DNA of 64,000 nt from Mobula hypostoma (GCF_963921235.1 NC_086118.1:29018001-29082000), one strand, 5' to 3'. Shown: positions 1 through 12,232, numbered from the stretch's first letter. Made by a program: numbers and translations. The notes: a model not told the origin generated them from the letters alone.

Positions 1-1024
1 CTACTGTGATGTGGTTAGTTAGCCCACAATTTAACATCTGTGGTAGAACAGTCAGATTACAATGTCACTTGGTAACTTGAACTCTAAGTTTGGACATCCA
101 GCCAAAATTATCCCTTCAGTTTCCTAGCTAAACACATGCTCACAGCGGGAAGAATTCCCAGATGCAATATTTAAAGGAATCGCATACCACATCCAGATTA
201 CATGTTACTTTATTGCCTCTGGCTGCACATGTTTGGTTCAAAATTGAGAACCCCATGTCCACTTTAAGGGCCGTCGAAATTTCTACTCAAGGGATTTGTA
301 GTGCCCATGCTGCCAAATCAAAAATAAAGTCATGATCTTATTTCTGAAATAACATTTACTTTTATCACAGTCCTCAATGTTGAAGCATATGTGGCTAAAG
401 AATCAAATATTGTGATTTAAAGTAGATTGTCACTGCAAAACCTTTTCAAATAATAGGTTTTGTAGCTCCATATCCCGGAGAAAATTGGGGCTCTTACGAT
501 TTCTTTCACACATTAGCCATTGGCAGGAATATTTGCAGTCAAAGCCCTTGTGCTAAGCAGACTGAAACTCTTTTGGTTGCAATTGTGGTATTATGTTTAG
601 TAAATGTGCTCAGAAAAATAATTTAAGATGAAATTACTGGGATAGTCTACCATCCTTCAAATGTCAGCAAGCACAAGTTATTGCTTTGTTGCAATGCCAA
701 GTAGATTGAAAGCAAGCCGATTGGCTGGAATTATGAAAGCGATGCCCTAGTTAGTTAGGCACCATTTGCTTATTTCAGCAATCATTCTTAGTGTTTTTCA
801 GGGCCTGAGACCTGGCCGATGTTGAATGATCCTTAAGACCACTTGAAGGATTTCAGATTTTATATCTTTGAGCTGACAGCTGGAGAGAAGAGATAAACAA
901 GGGGATGTTGAAAGTGGATTAACAATTACTAAACTCAACAGTTCAGAAGTGGTCAGCAGTAAGCTGGTCTTGCTTGTTTGACTCCGAAAGAAAGATTGCA
1001 TTCACCCTTCTTCCATCCGCTATT

Positions 1025-1520
1025 GAAAAATTTATCTGTCCTGGGGCCGGCACATAAGTATCATCATAAAGAAGGCACAACAGCGCCTTCACCTTCTTTG
1101 AAGATTGCAAAGATTTGGCATGTCACGAAAAACTTTGACAAATGTCAAAAGAGATGCAGTGGAGAGTATCTTGAATAGCTGAATCATGGTCTGGTATAGA
1201 AACGTCGATGGCACGAATAGAAAAGGCCACAGAAACTAATGGATTTGGGTAAATTTGGGTAAATTTATATACAGCATTGCAACAAGAAAGCGACATCTAT
1301 CATCAAAGAACTCCTCCATCCAGGCCATACATTCTTCTCACTGCTACCATTAGGCGGGAGATACAGAAGCCTTCGGTCTCACACTACCAAGTTCAGGAAC
1401 AGTTGTTATTCTACAACCATCAGGCTCCACTCTGTACTGATTCTGCAGCCTACAAACTCACTTTCAAAGATTCTTTTTGATTCATGTTCTCAGTATTATT
1501 TTTTTTTCATTTGCACAGTA
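1025..1520 (+). mobile_element. Rex1/Babar-like LINE, degenerate 3' fragment
   Basis: Translates (with stops) to LSWGRHISIIIKKAQQRLHLL*RLQRFGMS...HPGHTFFSLLPLGGRYRSLRSHTTKFRNS, the Rex1-type ORF C-terminus also seen in other copies in this window. Confidence 0.75.
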
Positions 1521-3280
1521 GGAGTCTCAAATGCAAAACCCGAAAGATGATGTCAACAATGCACAACAATATCTGTGTTACACTGCCATGTCAACCTTGA
1601 TTCTGTGCTGCATTCTGAAACTGTGTGTTAACCGTTTGACCTTCAGATATTCAGACAGGATTGCTAAGGAGGCAAGCTGATATTTGTACTGTGTGAAATA
1701 CTCATTTTTCTTGATAAATTTAGATATGAAGAATTAACCCTTTTGAGTGAATGTGAATGTTTAACACGTTCAGCCCAGTGAAAACAATGATTTCCTATTT
1801 ATAGTATTTTTTTCAAACAACTAAGTTCTTTGTACATAATTTAGGTGTAAAACCTTGCTCAGTTTTTTACTTAATGTATTTGAGTACTGATATTAGCTTT
1901 ATGTTAAAATATCATTGTAAACCAGTAGAGTTTGATCTGCAATCTGTTTTTTTATTAAGACTGCAAAAGCAGGATAGCATTCTTGAACAGAATATTTTGG
2001 GATTTGGGGGGATTTCAATGCATAAAAGTGTGAGAAAATCTTTCCACCCAATGCCACTTGAGCTGACAAAACAGTATATACAGACAAGTCCTTTTTTCTG
2101 ACAATCAACCCTCAGCTAACCTGACTGTGGAACCTTCATAGTTACAGGGAGATTATTCTCCGTGGATACAGCACTTCAGCTAATGTGGAATTAGCCTTGG
2201 CTAAGTAATCTTGTTAGTGTGATTCAGTGTTAAATGGATCTTGATTAAATGAGGCTTTATATTGTCACAGCAGGAGATGATAAGATCTTGAGACTGCATT
2301 GGGAAGTCACAGGAAATTATTCCTCAAACTATTCAGAACTTTAAAAGTCTAAGAGAAAATATGCAAACTGGACTATATATGAATAAAGAACACTTCAGGA
2401 ATATGCTGATCATTGGTGTACATATACAAGAATTTCAAACAAATTATAAAGGATGACTGCATATCATTTGGTGTGAACATTATTCACTGAGAGTAAATTG
2501 TCTACTGTTTAGCAACCAAAGTTTCCTATCTTGCTATTATTAAAAAGATGCACTGGAGTTCATTTCAGTTATTTGGAATACTTTTTCATTAGCCATCCTC
2601 TGTATTAATTGACCTACCTTCCAGATGGCCATTGTCATATTTGCTTTTAAAATGAAACAGTCCTGATTAAGCTAAATAAGTCTTACTTCCAAAGCCAAAA
2701 TAACCAAATAGGTTCCAATTGTTGAATCCTCTCATTTGAATTTCAGGAATAAAAGAATAACCTGGGAATTCTGAAGATCTATTTAATTTAGCCAGCTTTT
2801 AAATGTTGAAGTTTATGTAACTGTATTTAACATGACACCATCCTATTTATTTCCAAGTTTTGCATTATAAACATCCAAGTTTTTAGTATTCTGTTGATGT
2901 CTGGTCTTAATTTGCTAATCTAAGAACGGCTGCTTGTTACAAGAAAATGTAACCATCTGGAAATAAACCTATTTATCTCTCATTACATCATCCAATTCTT
3001 TCATCATAGTTCCAAAGATCTAGATTCTATAGTCCTACTTTAGGAACTTGTTCCACATACAGTTTACAACTTATCAGATGGATTTCCTTTTGCATGTCCT
3101 AAACACGTATTTTTAGTGTGAATGTGGCAAAAGGGTCACTTTGAACTATCAGATAAATAACAGACGGAGATGAGAAAATGGAGATGAAATCCCCGATGTT
3201 AAATTCTGGTGCAAGGACTGATCAATTCTAACAATTGGTTCTCATGTTCATCCCTGGTGGGAAGCCAGCACGTGCTCATG

Positions 3281-3432
3281 ACACAAAATGCCGGAGGAAC
3301 ACAGTAGGTCAGGCAGCATCTATGAAGAGAAGTAAAGAGCCAACATTTTGGGCTGGATGCTGCCTGGCATGCTGAGTTCCTCTAGCATTTTGTGTGTATT
3401 TCCCTGGATTTCCAATATCTGCAGAATCTCTT
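3281..3432. mobile_element. Penelope-terminus-derived fold-back element (centre deleted)
   Basis: acacaaaatgccggaggaacacagtaggtcaggcagcatc ... gatgctgcctggcatgctgagttcctctagcattttgtgt inverted arms; same family as 17031-17264. Confidence 0.75.
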
Positions 3433-4064
3433 ATATTTTCAAATGCCACTGATCATATTTGCATCTATCAAGGTCAATCAGACATGTTATAGCAGGAGGA
3501 TTAGGGAAGAGAAAGGATGGAGAAACACTAATGTCAAGGAATGGTATCTTTCTTCATGTATACTAGACAAATTCACCTCAACTTTCTGGTGTTAAAAGCA
3601 CTTTTAAACAATGCTAGAATTGTCTGGCAACTACCTTTGGTTTACTATTTGGCATTAAGATTCTATATGGGTTCCGAACAAGCTAAGAGGTTGGCAGAAT
3701 TCAGTGAAGAATTGATTGGATATTATTTCCCATTTTACCCAGATTTCACTGATCCTTTTAAACTTCCCCCTATGCTTACCTTTCAGGACCACTTGTCCTC
3801 TTATTACCTTTCTAAGCTGTTTGTCATCTTCTTTGGTTAAGATTTCTCCTGATCTTCATAATCCTAATGTTTGATACTGGGATATATCCTAGGATGTTTG
3901 TTACCATCTTTAGAGTAGATATCTCCTAGGTGGTCCTGTCAAAATGTGGAAGCACTACTCTGCTCTTTAACCATACCCCCTTGCACTTGTACCCTACTGA
4001 TTAAATCCATAAAACTCATATAATTTCTGTTTCCTGTTCCACATGTGTCTAACCTGACACCTAA

Positions 4065-5770
4065 AACTATAGAACTGAAGCAGAACACCTGTGACCATGT
4101 ACAGATTGCAGAGGAGGAAGTGCTTGCTGTCTTGAGGCAAATTAGAGTAAATTAATCCCCAGGACCTGACAAGGTGTTCCCTCGGATCTCGTGGGAGGTT
4201 AGTCTCAAGCTTGTGGGGGCCTCAGAGAGGTAGTTGAAATACCTTTAGCCATGGGTGAGGTTCTGGTGAACTGGAGGAAAGCCAATGTTGTTCTGTTTTT
4301 TAAAAAAGGGTCTAAGAAAAAGCCAGGAAATTATAGGCCTGGTGAGCTTGATGTCAGTAGTGGGTAAATTCTTGGAAGGTGGTTTAAGGGACCAGATACA
4401 TAAGTATTTGGATCGACAGGGCCTGATTAGGGATAGTTAATATGGCTTTGCGCATGGTAGGTCATGCCTAACCAATCACTGTGTTTTTTGAGGAAATTTA
4501 CAGCCAGGGTTCCCAGCCTGGGGTCCACACACTCCTTGCTTAATGGAATTCGTCAGTGGCATGAAAACGGGTTGGGGACCCCTGATTTACAGGAAACCTG
4601 ATGAAAGAAAAGTAGTGGATATTCTCTGCAAGGCTTTTGACAAGGTCCCTCATGGGAGGATGGTCAAAAAAGTTCAGTGGCTTGGCATTCAGGGTGAGGT
4701 TGTAAATTGGATTCAACATTGGTTTTGTGGAAGAAGCCAAAGAGTGGTGGTAGACAGTTGCCTCTCTGACAGGAAGATGTGACTAGTGGCGTGCGGCAGG
4801 GATCAGTACTGGGTCCATTGTTGTTTGTCATCTGTATCAATGATCTGGATGATAAAGTGCTAAAATGGATTAGCAAATTTGCAGATAACTTCAAGATTAG
4901 GGTCATAGTGGACAGCAAGGAAAGTTATCAATGTTTGCAGCAGGATCTGGACCAGCTGGAATAGTGAGCTGAAAAATGCAGGTGGAATTTAATGCAACAT
5001 GGGTGAGGTGTTGCACTTTGGGAGGACAAACCAGGGTAGGACTTCCATGGTAAACAGCATGACAGTGAGGAGTGTGGTAGAACAGAGGGATCTGGGAAAA
5101 TAGATGCATAATTCCTTGAAAGTGGCCTCACAGTCAGAGAGCTTTCCTCACATTGACCTTCATAAATCAAAGTATTGAGTTGGGATGTTATGTTGGAGTT
5201 GTATAAGACATTAATGAGATCTAGTTTGGAGTACTGTATGCAGTTCTGGTCACCTACCTACAGGAAAGATATTAATAAGATTGAAAGAGCCCAGAGAAAA
5301 TTTACAATGATGTTGCTGGGACTTGAGAACCTGAGTTATACGGAAAGGTCGAATAAGTAAGAACTTTATTCTGGAGCATAGGAGAATGAGGGGAGATTTG
5401 ATTGAGGTATACATAATTGTAATGACTATAGTTTAGGTAAATGACAGCAGGCTTTTTCCACTGAGATTAGGTGAAACTAGAACTTCAGGTCATAGCTTAA
5501 GGGTGAAAACTGAAATATTTAAGGGGAAACTGGGGGAAACTTATTCACTCAGAGGATTGTGAGAGTGTGGAACAAGATGCCAGCAGAAATGGAGAATATG
5601 GGTGTGATTTCAACATTTAAGAAAAATTTGGATTAGTACATGGATGGGAGGGGTATGGAGGGCTATGATCCAGGTATTTTTCAATGGGACAAGGCAGGAT
5701 AATAGCTCAGCATGAACTAGATGGGCCAAAGGGCCTGTTTTTCTGCTGTAGTGCTCCATGATTCTATGAC
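4065..5770 (+). mobile_element. CR1-like LINE, degenerate RT and 3' end
   Basis: KAFDKVPH, SGVRQGSVLGPLLF, KFADN, LEYCMQFWSP motifs; ctatga-type tail near 5760. Confidence 0.92.
4504..4584. mobile_element. hAT (Charlie-like) MITE, 81 bp, inserted in CR1
   Basis: TIRs cagggttcccagcc / gggttggggacccctg; 8-bp TSD ATTTACAG at 4496-4503 and 4585-4592. Confidence 0.8.
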
Positions 5771-5995
5771 AATATTTCTAGATCACCTCCAACCTGGCCC
5801 TGAAATTATTTTAATATATTTCATAGAGTAAGTATTCCACTCTCCTCACATTCTCACGTAGTATCTTGTACTTGTTGCCATTAGTACATTTAATGTAGTT
5901 TTTCTGTTTTTCACTTCAGTCCCTCTAGAAATGAACCCTAGAGTTGAGTTTGCTTCTTTTCCATGGAGCTTTGTTGCATATTTTCAATGGAAAAT

Positions 5996-6110
5996 AAAGG
6001 GTCACTGACCTGAAAAGTTGAGTCTCTTTCTCTCTCCACAGATATCACTTGACCTGATCAGCATTTCCAGCACTTCTGTTTTTTTTCTCTCATTGATAGC
6101 ATCTACATTC
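5996..6110 (+). mobile_element. Old Penelope terminal-repeat fragment
   Basis: aaagggtcactgacctgaaaagttga...ccacagatatcacttgacctgatcagcatttccagcac resembles the Penelope 3' ends at 28980-29115 and 59030-59165. Confidence 0.5.
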
Positions 6111-7866
6111 ATTCAATCCTCACCTTTTAAAGATTTTTGTATTTGATAATCATTTGGCTGTAGTTCATACCAGTGCCATTAGCTTTTGGGATTGTTGATT
6201 TACTTTCCACCAAGCTCTATAAATGACAGGACTGGTGAGGCCTAGTTCAGGTAGGCTCAACGCGAGCACAACAGCCAGATGCCATTACTGTTCCTGGAGA
6301 TTCCCAGGTCATGAGACAATTGGAGTCTACATATTGGTCAACACTGACTCATTGACTTCTACAAGTCTTGCTTTGAACTCAAACAGCTCCAGCATCTACA
6401 AAAAGCAGTCCAATACATAAAATAATATTCAGTATACAGGTAATATTCTTCTTTAACATAATGGGGCCAGGGAATATACTTGGAATGCTAATTAAATGTT
6501 TTACCAGTAGATTGCTATTTCAAGAATACTATACATATTCATGTCCAGATGATACTCTTAAGGATATTTTGGTTAGTTTCCTGACGCTGTGAACACTTAG
6601 ATGTGTTACTATATTGCAGTGTGTTCCAATGGTGTCTGTTTTGGCAAATCAGAGCCTCCAAACATGTTCCTAATTAAGATATGAAAGTGCTGTGCCCTTC
6701 CAAGTACCCCTGTTGGGAGACACTTTCCACTAATTGATTTTTGCATGTCTGACCATGTGCTCCATCTGTGCTTCATTTCGGCTTTGCCCAGTCTACAGTA
6801 AATGCTTCATCAGTTTACAGGGACTGACATGGATATTTCCACCGGATGAGCAATAGGTGGCCATCACTAATGTGAATGAAATGGGAAAAATAACATTCCA
6901 ACACTGGCCAGCATTTGCCAAGTTTCGAAAATTAAGATTTATTGTCAAGGGGACTGTGCATTCAAGTAAATAATGAACAATATGTAGAAATGCCAAGTTA
7001 GCACAAAATAAAATGCATTGTGTTTTACTCACATTTGAATTTCATTCAATATTTTAGGAACTTTCATAGCCTCCTCAAAATAGTACATTATTTTACAAAT
7101 TATGAAATGGACTATCATCTACATGTCATTGAAAGATACCAATATCACTGCTGGAAATTTCCAGTTAATGTGGAAGTTGCTGTCTACATATTGGTCACCA
7201 TGTACCTCGTGGTGGTCTGCTGTGCTTCCCAGTCATGTGCCTGCTTGCAACCAACCATCATTCTACCACAAGATAAAGTTCAAGTAATAAAATAATTTTA
7301 TTCACTGTCAAAAGTTAACATTTTGTTGCCGAGAGAATTGGCTAAACTGACTTAATAGGCTGAACCTCGCTGAGAAAATAATATCATGTTAACAATGCAT
7401 GCCGGTACTGATTTGAGGAGAACTGCAGATGAATTATGAGTCCCCAGAACTCTATATGCTTGACTGTTTGCTTCCAAAAGCAGCATCTCGCCCTCATACT
7501 CCCTGTTATTTTCTAGAACTTGCTGTATTTGCATATTAATTGCCCATTAAACCTGATACAGAAAGTTAAGTCTGATAATTAAGAGCGCAAATGCCCTTTT
7601 ACTACATTAGAATTACTAATGCAATGTTAATCAACCCTTCTGACCTGAAAAGGGAGCCATTTAAATAGTTCAGACTCATTCCTGCATGTATTAATTTGAT
7701 GCATAATAGATGAAAAACTTGAACTTTGGATTTAAAGTGATGAATTTTACTGTTGATATTGTTTTCCTTCAAAGAGATAAAGCAAGGTATATGTTTTGTA
7801 TGATGTACCTGAATATGCAATGCCAACGCTCAAATGCTCACAACAACTTTGTTCACAAATACTTAT

Positions 7867-8112
7867 AGTTATGTTTGGTAACTCCAAAACATAAAACTAA
7901 TCTAAGTAAAAAACAAAGGAGTCCATAATGTGTGTACATACATTTTGACTTGAAGTGAGGTGTACACAAATGACATGGTGATGTGATGACGTATGCCATT
8001 CACGTATTTTGTATATATAACCAGAAAGAATTATATAAATATTAAAAATGCTTAATCAAACAATATGTTTACAGGATTACTCAAATACTAATGGAATATT
8101 AAATACACAGCA
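7867..8112 (-). repeat. 3' LTR of Gypsy element 1
   Basis: Homologous to 14339-14555 (aactccaaaacataaa...atgcttaatcaaacaatat...atattaaa); adjacent to the PPT. Confidence 0.88.
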
Positions 8113-8427
8113 TTCCTCCCTGCTTAGCTATAAACTCCAACTCAATATTGAAAGCATCTCAGCGATGTAAACAGTATACGATATAATACAACTATGATAC
8201 AGACATCCATAACATAATAAATTTTAAATATTTTCACTCAGGCCTAAAGATGTAGAGTATTTCTTATGCTTGTGGGATAATTTTTTTCCCGACAAGCAAG
8301 GTCACTCTGCTTGGCGGGTGAAACTCGTGGCTGTGAAAACAATCTCAGGTTCTGAAGCTTCCTCCGTGGTGGTTGTAGGGGTTGACTGCGAGGCTGCCGG
8401 AAGTGGTTCCGACAGCTCTGGACACCA

Positions 8428-8859
8428 TTCTTCTCCTTCCTGTTTCTTTTTCTAGTTTGTGCATCTTAATCTTGGGAAGGTGCATTTAATTCACTGGAGT
8501 ACCCTCTTATTAATCCTTCTATTGCTCCCTTTACGATCTGATCTCGCCTCTTGGCTTCCTCATCCTCAACATCATCTGATGAATCCTCTGTTTTTGTATC
8601 TCCATTAACTCATTTCTTCTTGGCCTTCCATTCAGCCAGCGGGGCTTTGATCTTTGTACCTACTTTTACAAGAAGCTTTTTGTCTCCCCATTGAAGTACT
8701 GCCTGACTAACAGATCAGAAGCTCTCTCAGCTATGTTGCTGACAAATCTGCTGAAGTTGGACTACTGCTTTCGCCACTTTCACAATTTCTTTGAGCAGCA
8801 TGGTCCTTCTTTGGCCCAATATTCTTTCCAACCAGAAGTACAGAGTTTTGCACCAACAC
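8428..8859 (-). pseudogene. RBM25: Processed (intronless) RBM25 fragment captured inside the LTR element
   Basis: Minus strand reads VLVQNSVLLVGKNIGPKKDH...FVSNIAERASDLLVRQ / LQWGDKKLLVKVGTKIKAPLAEWKAKKK*VNGDTKTEDSSDDVEDEEAKRRDQIVKGAIEGLIRGYSSELNAPSQD*DAQTRKRNRKEK. This matches vertebrate RBM25 as recalled (FVGNISEKASDMLIRQ; LQIGEKKLLVKVDAKTKAQLDEWKAKKK; KRRDQMIKGAIEVLIREYSSELNAPSQESD). Two stops, frameshifts and an internal RRM deletion. Confidence 0.92.
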
Positions 8860-8894
8860 CTGTTTGCCCTCTGTTTGGTAATGGTGCATGGAGG

Positions 8895-9165
8895 CAGTTG
8901 TGACATCATCCAATACTTCTATTGATTTGCTTTCAGTTAACTCTATTGCAGAGGACGTAGCATGCAAGTTGTGGACGGATCTCCAATCAAGTTGTAGTTG
9001 TTTCATCCAATTACTTCTCCACAGTGCAGGCCCTTCTGTTTTCACCACATACAATCCCAGTGTGGTTTGTTGTATCTCACTGTTACAAATGTCATTCCCA
9101 CAGGAGTTACCTTTTTTCCACTATGTTCGTAGTTGGATAGCTGCAGGCTTCAGTTCAGTATCTCA
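8895..9165 (-). pseudogene. Gypsy protease C-terminus / PR-RT linker remnant
   Basis: TELKPAAIQLRT...KVTPVGMTFVTVRY and YVVKTEGPALWRSNWMKQLQLDWRSVH (ORF 8731-9054); catalytic DTG motif absent. Confidence 0.8.
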
Positions 9166-9635
9166 TTCCACAAAAAGTAATGGATATGGCCCAGTCCATC
9201 AAAGATAAAGCCCTCCCCTCCATCGAGCACATTTAAACAGAGTGTGGTCACTGGAAAGCAGCATCCATCATCAGCGGCCCCCACTACTCAGGTTGTGCTC
9301 TCTTCTCACTGCTCAGGAAGCCTCAGGACACACATGACCAGATTCAGGAACAGTTATTACCCCTCAAACATCAGGCTTCTGAACCAGATAGGTAACTGCA
9401 CTCAATCTCACTTGCCCCATCACTGAGATGTTTCCACAACCTATGGACTCACTTTCAAGGACTCTAATCTCACGTTCTTGACATTTATTGCTTATTTTTG
9501 TTTTCTTTCTTTTAGTATTTGCAGTTTATTGCCTTTTGCACACTGGTTGTGGTGCGGTCTTTCATTGATTCTATTGTGGCTATTGGATTTATTGAGTATG
9601 CTCACAAGAAAATATATCTCAAGGTTGTATATCAT
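9165..9635 (+). mobile_element. Rex1/Babar-like LINE 3' fragment nested in Gypsy 1
   Basis: SLRTHMTRFRNSYYPSNIRLLN plus the 3' UTR shared with 45420-45690. Confidence 0.8.
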
Positions 9636-9639
9636 CATT

Positions 9640-9920
9640 ATCAGATTTTTCATCAACAACATGCAGATTAGTGCTCTTTTTGAAACTGTACCTGGCCTTT
9701 TCGTCTTTATCTCTTCCATTTATTTTTGTCTGCTCTCCATACTCCTTGTATATGTCCTACTGCAAGTTTTGCCTTTAAATTTGCATAGGTCTGGTGCATA
9801 AGAGCCCCTGCCACTACAGTAACACAGGCCAGCTTCCATTTAGATGCTGCAATTCTGTTGACGCTCACTTTCATTCCTAACTTAAACTCAATTGCATCTC
9901 TGTCTGCTGTTTCCATTGAT
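9640..9920 (-). pseudogene. Gypsy gag C-terminal part (zinc-knuckle remnant)
   Basis: METADRDAIE...VSVNRIA; frameshifted CYCSGRGSYAPDLC and GHIQGVWRADKNKW. Confidence 0.78.
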
Positions 9921-10690
9921 ATTATCTGAATGGTGGCCGATTAGGAAAAGGGGAGGTGCAACGAGACCTGGGTGTCATTATACAACAGTCATTGAAAGTG
10001 GGCATGCAGGTACAGCAGGCGGTGAGAAAGGCGAATGGTATGCTGGCATTTATAGCGAGAGGATTCGAGTACAGGAGCAGGGAGGTACTACTGCAGTTGT
10101 ACAAGGCCTTGGTGAGACCACACCTGGAGTATTGTGTGCAGTTTTGGTCCCCTAATCTGAGGAAAGACATCCTTGCCATAGAGGGAGTACAAAGAAGGTT
10201 CACCAGATTGATTCCTGGGATGGCAGGACTTTTATATGAAGAAAGACTGGAGGAACTGGGCTTGTACTCGTTGGAATTTAGAAGATTGAGGGGGGATCTG
10301 ATTGAAACGTATAAAATCCTAAAGGGATTGGACAGGCTAGATGCAGGAAGACTGTTCCCGATGTTGGGGAAGTCCAGAACAAGGGGCCACAGTTTGAGGA
10401 TAGAGGGGAAGCCTTTTAGGACCGAGATTAGGAAAAACTTCTTCACACAGAGAGTGGTGAATCTGTGGAATTCTCTGCCACAGGAAACAGTTGAGGCCAG
10501 TTCATTGGCTATATTTAAGAGGGAGTTAGATATGGCCCTTGTGGCTACGGGGGTCAGGGGGTATGGAGGGAAGGCTGGTGCAGGGTTCTGAGTTGGATGA
10601 TCAGCCATGATCATAATAAATGGCGGTGCAGGCTCGAAGGGCCGAATGGCCTACTCCTGCACCTATTTTCTATGTTTCTATGTTTCTATG
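9921..10690 (+). mobile_element. CR1-like LINE, young 5'-truncated copy
   Basis: Uninterrupted ORF 9956-10591 (RDLGV, LVRPHLEYCVQFWSP, FFTQRVVNLWNSLP); (tttctatg)n tail; short TSD tgata. Confidence 0.96.
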
Positions 10691-10697
10691 ATACAGT

Positions 10698-11940
10698 GGT
10701 GATGTTGTGATATATACATATATGGTGGTGATATACAACGGTGGATGTTGTATGTTGTATGTGGATGTTGTCTATATGGACTTCAGGAAGGCCTTTAACA
10801 AGATTCCACACAGAAGGTTAGTTAGGAAAGTTCAATTGTTAGGCATTAATATGGAAGTAGTAAAATGGATTCAGCAGTGGCTGGATGGGAGATGCCAGAG
10901 AGTAGTGGTGGATAACTGTGTGTCAGATTGGAGGCCGGTGACTAGTGGTGTGCCTCAAGGATCTGTACTGGGTCCAATGTTGTTTGTCATATATAATAAT
11001 GATCTGGATGATGGGGTGGTAAATTGGATTAGTAAGTATGCAGATGATACTAAGATAGGTGGTGTTGTGGATGATGAGGTAGGTTTTCAAAACTTGCAGA
11101 GAGATTTAGGACAGTTAGAAGAGTGGACTGAAAGATGGCAGATGGAGTTTAATGCTGAAAAATGTGAGGTGCTATATTTTGGTAGAACTAATCAAAATAG
11201 GACATACATGGTAAATGGTAGGGCATTAAAGAATGCTTTAGAACAGAGGGATCTAGGAATAATGATGCATAGTTCCCTAAAGATGGAATCTCATGTGGAT
11301 AGGGTGGTGAAGAAAACTTCTGGTTTGCTGGCCTTTATTAATCAGAGCATTGAGTATAGGAGTTGGGATGTAATGTTGAATTTGTATAAGCCATTGGTAA
11401 GGGCAAATCTGGAGTATTGTGTACAGTTCTGGTCACCGAATTATAGGAAAGATGTCAATAAAATTGAGAGAGTACAGAGGAGGTTTACTAAAATGTTGCC
11501 TGGGTTTCATCTCCTAAGTTACAGAGAAAGGTTGGCGTGTAGAAGGTTGAGGGGAGACTTGATAGAGGTGTTTAAAATTATGAGGGGGATTGATAGAGTT
11601 GACGTGGTTAGACTTTTTCCATTGAGAGTGGGGAAGATTCAAACAAGAGGGCATGGGTTGAGAATTAGAGGACAAAAGTTTAGGGGTAACATGAAGGGGA
11701 ACTTCTTTACTCAGAGAGTGGTAGCTGTGTGGAACGAGCTTCCAGCAGAAGTGGTTGAGGCAGGTTCGATGTTGTCGTTTGAAGTTAAATTGGATAGATA
11801 TATGGACAGGAAAGGAATGGAGGGTTATGGGCTGAGTGCAGGTCGGTGGGAATAGGATAGGATAAGAGTTCGGCATGGACTAGAAGGGCCGAGATGGCCT
11901 GTTTCCGTGCTGTAATTGTTATATGGTTATATGGTTATTA
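10698..11940 (+). mobile_element. CR1-like LINE, young 5'-truncated copy
   Basis: ORF 10707-11855 with YMDFRKAF, GVPQGSVLGP, KYADD; (ttatatgg)n tail; 11-bp TSD TATGATACAGT at 10687-10697 and 11941-11951. Confidence 0.96.
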
Positions 11941-11944
11941 TATG

Positions 11945-12220
11945 ATACAGTTATTCCAACTCCTCTTTTAAATGGATTCAGTCAGGAGCCATTTTGAATG
12001 CTTTCTTGTAAGATTCCACAAACTGAATGATCTCTAAGTGCATCACTCAGCTCATCACTGAACTGAAAATGCTCAGATTCTTCAATTCAGCCATGTACAC
12101 TGAAAAAGACTCCCTTTGCTTTTGATTCAGTTTATGAAACCTAAAGTGTTCTGCAATCAGCAATGGTTTTTGGTTCTAAATGTTCCTGTATTACTTTCAC
12201 AAAATCAGCAAAGCTCATTT
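11945..12220 (-). pseudogene. Gypsy gag middle part
   Basis: Minus strand MSFADFVKVIQEHLEP / KPLLIAEHFRFHKLNQKQRESFSVYMAELK; joins the 9640-9920 piece across the CR1 insertions. Confidence 0.8.
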
Positions 12221-12232
12221 TCAAAGCTCCTG

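Noticed and set aside
802..958. Possible exon (tttttcag acceptor, gtaagc donor)
   Set aside because: Stops in all three frames and no recognisable homology; a non-coding exon cannot be supported from sequence alone.
8428..8859. RBM25 match as exons of the functional gene
   Set aside because: Two in-frame stops, frameshifts, RRM deletion, no introns, and embedded between Gypsy internal sequences.
9922..10614. 230-aa minus-strand ORF (similarly 12937-13653 and 11514-11876)
   Set aside because: Antisense shadows of young LINE ORFs, with no independent protein signal.
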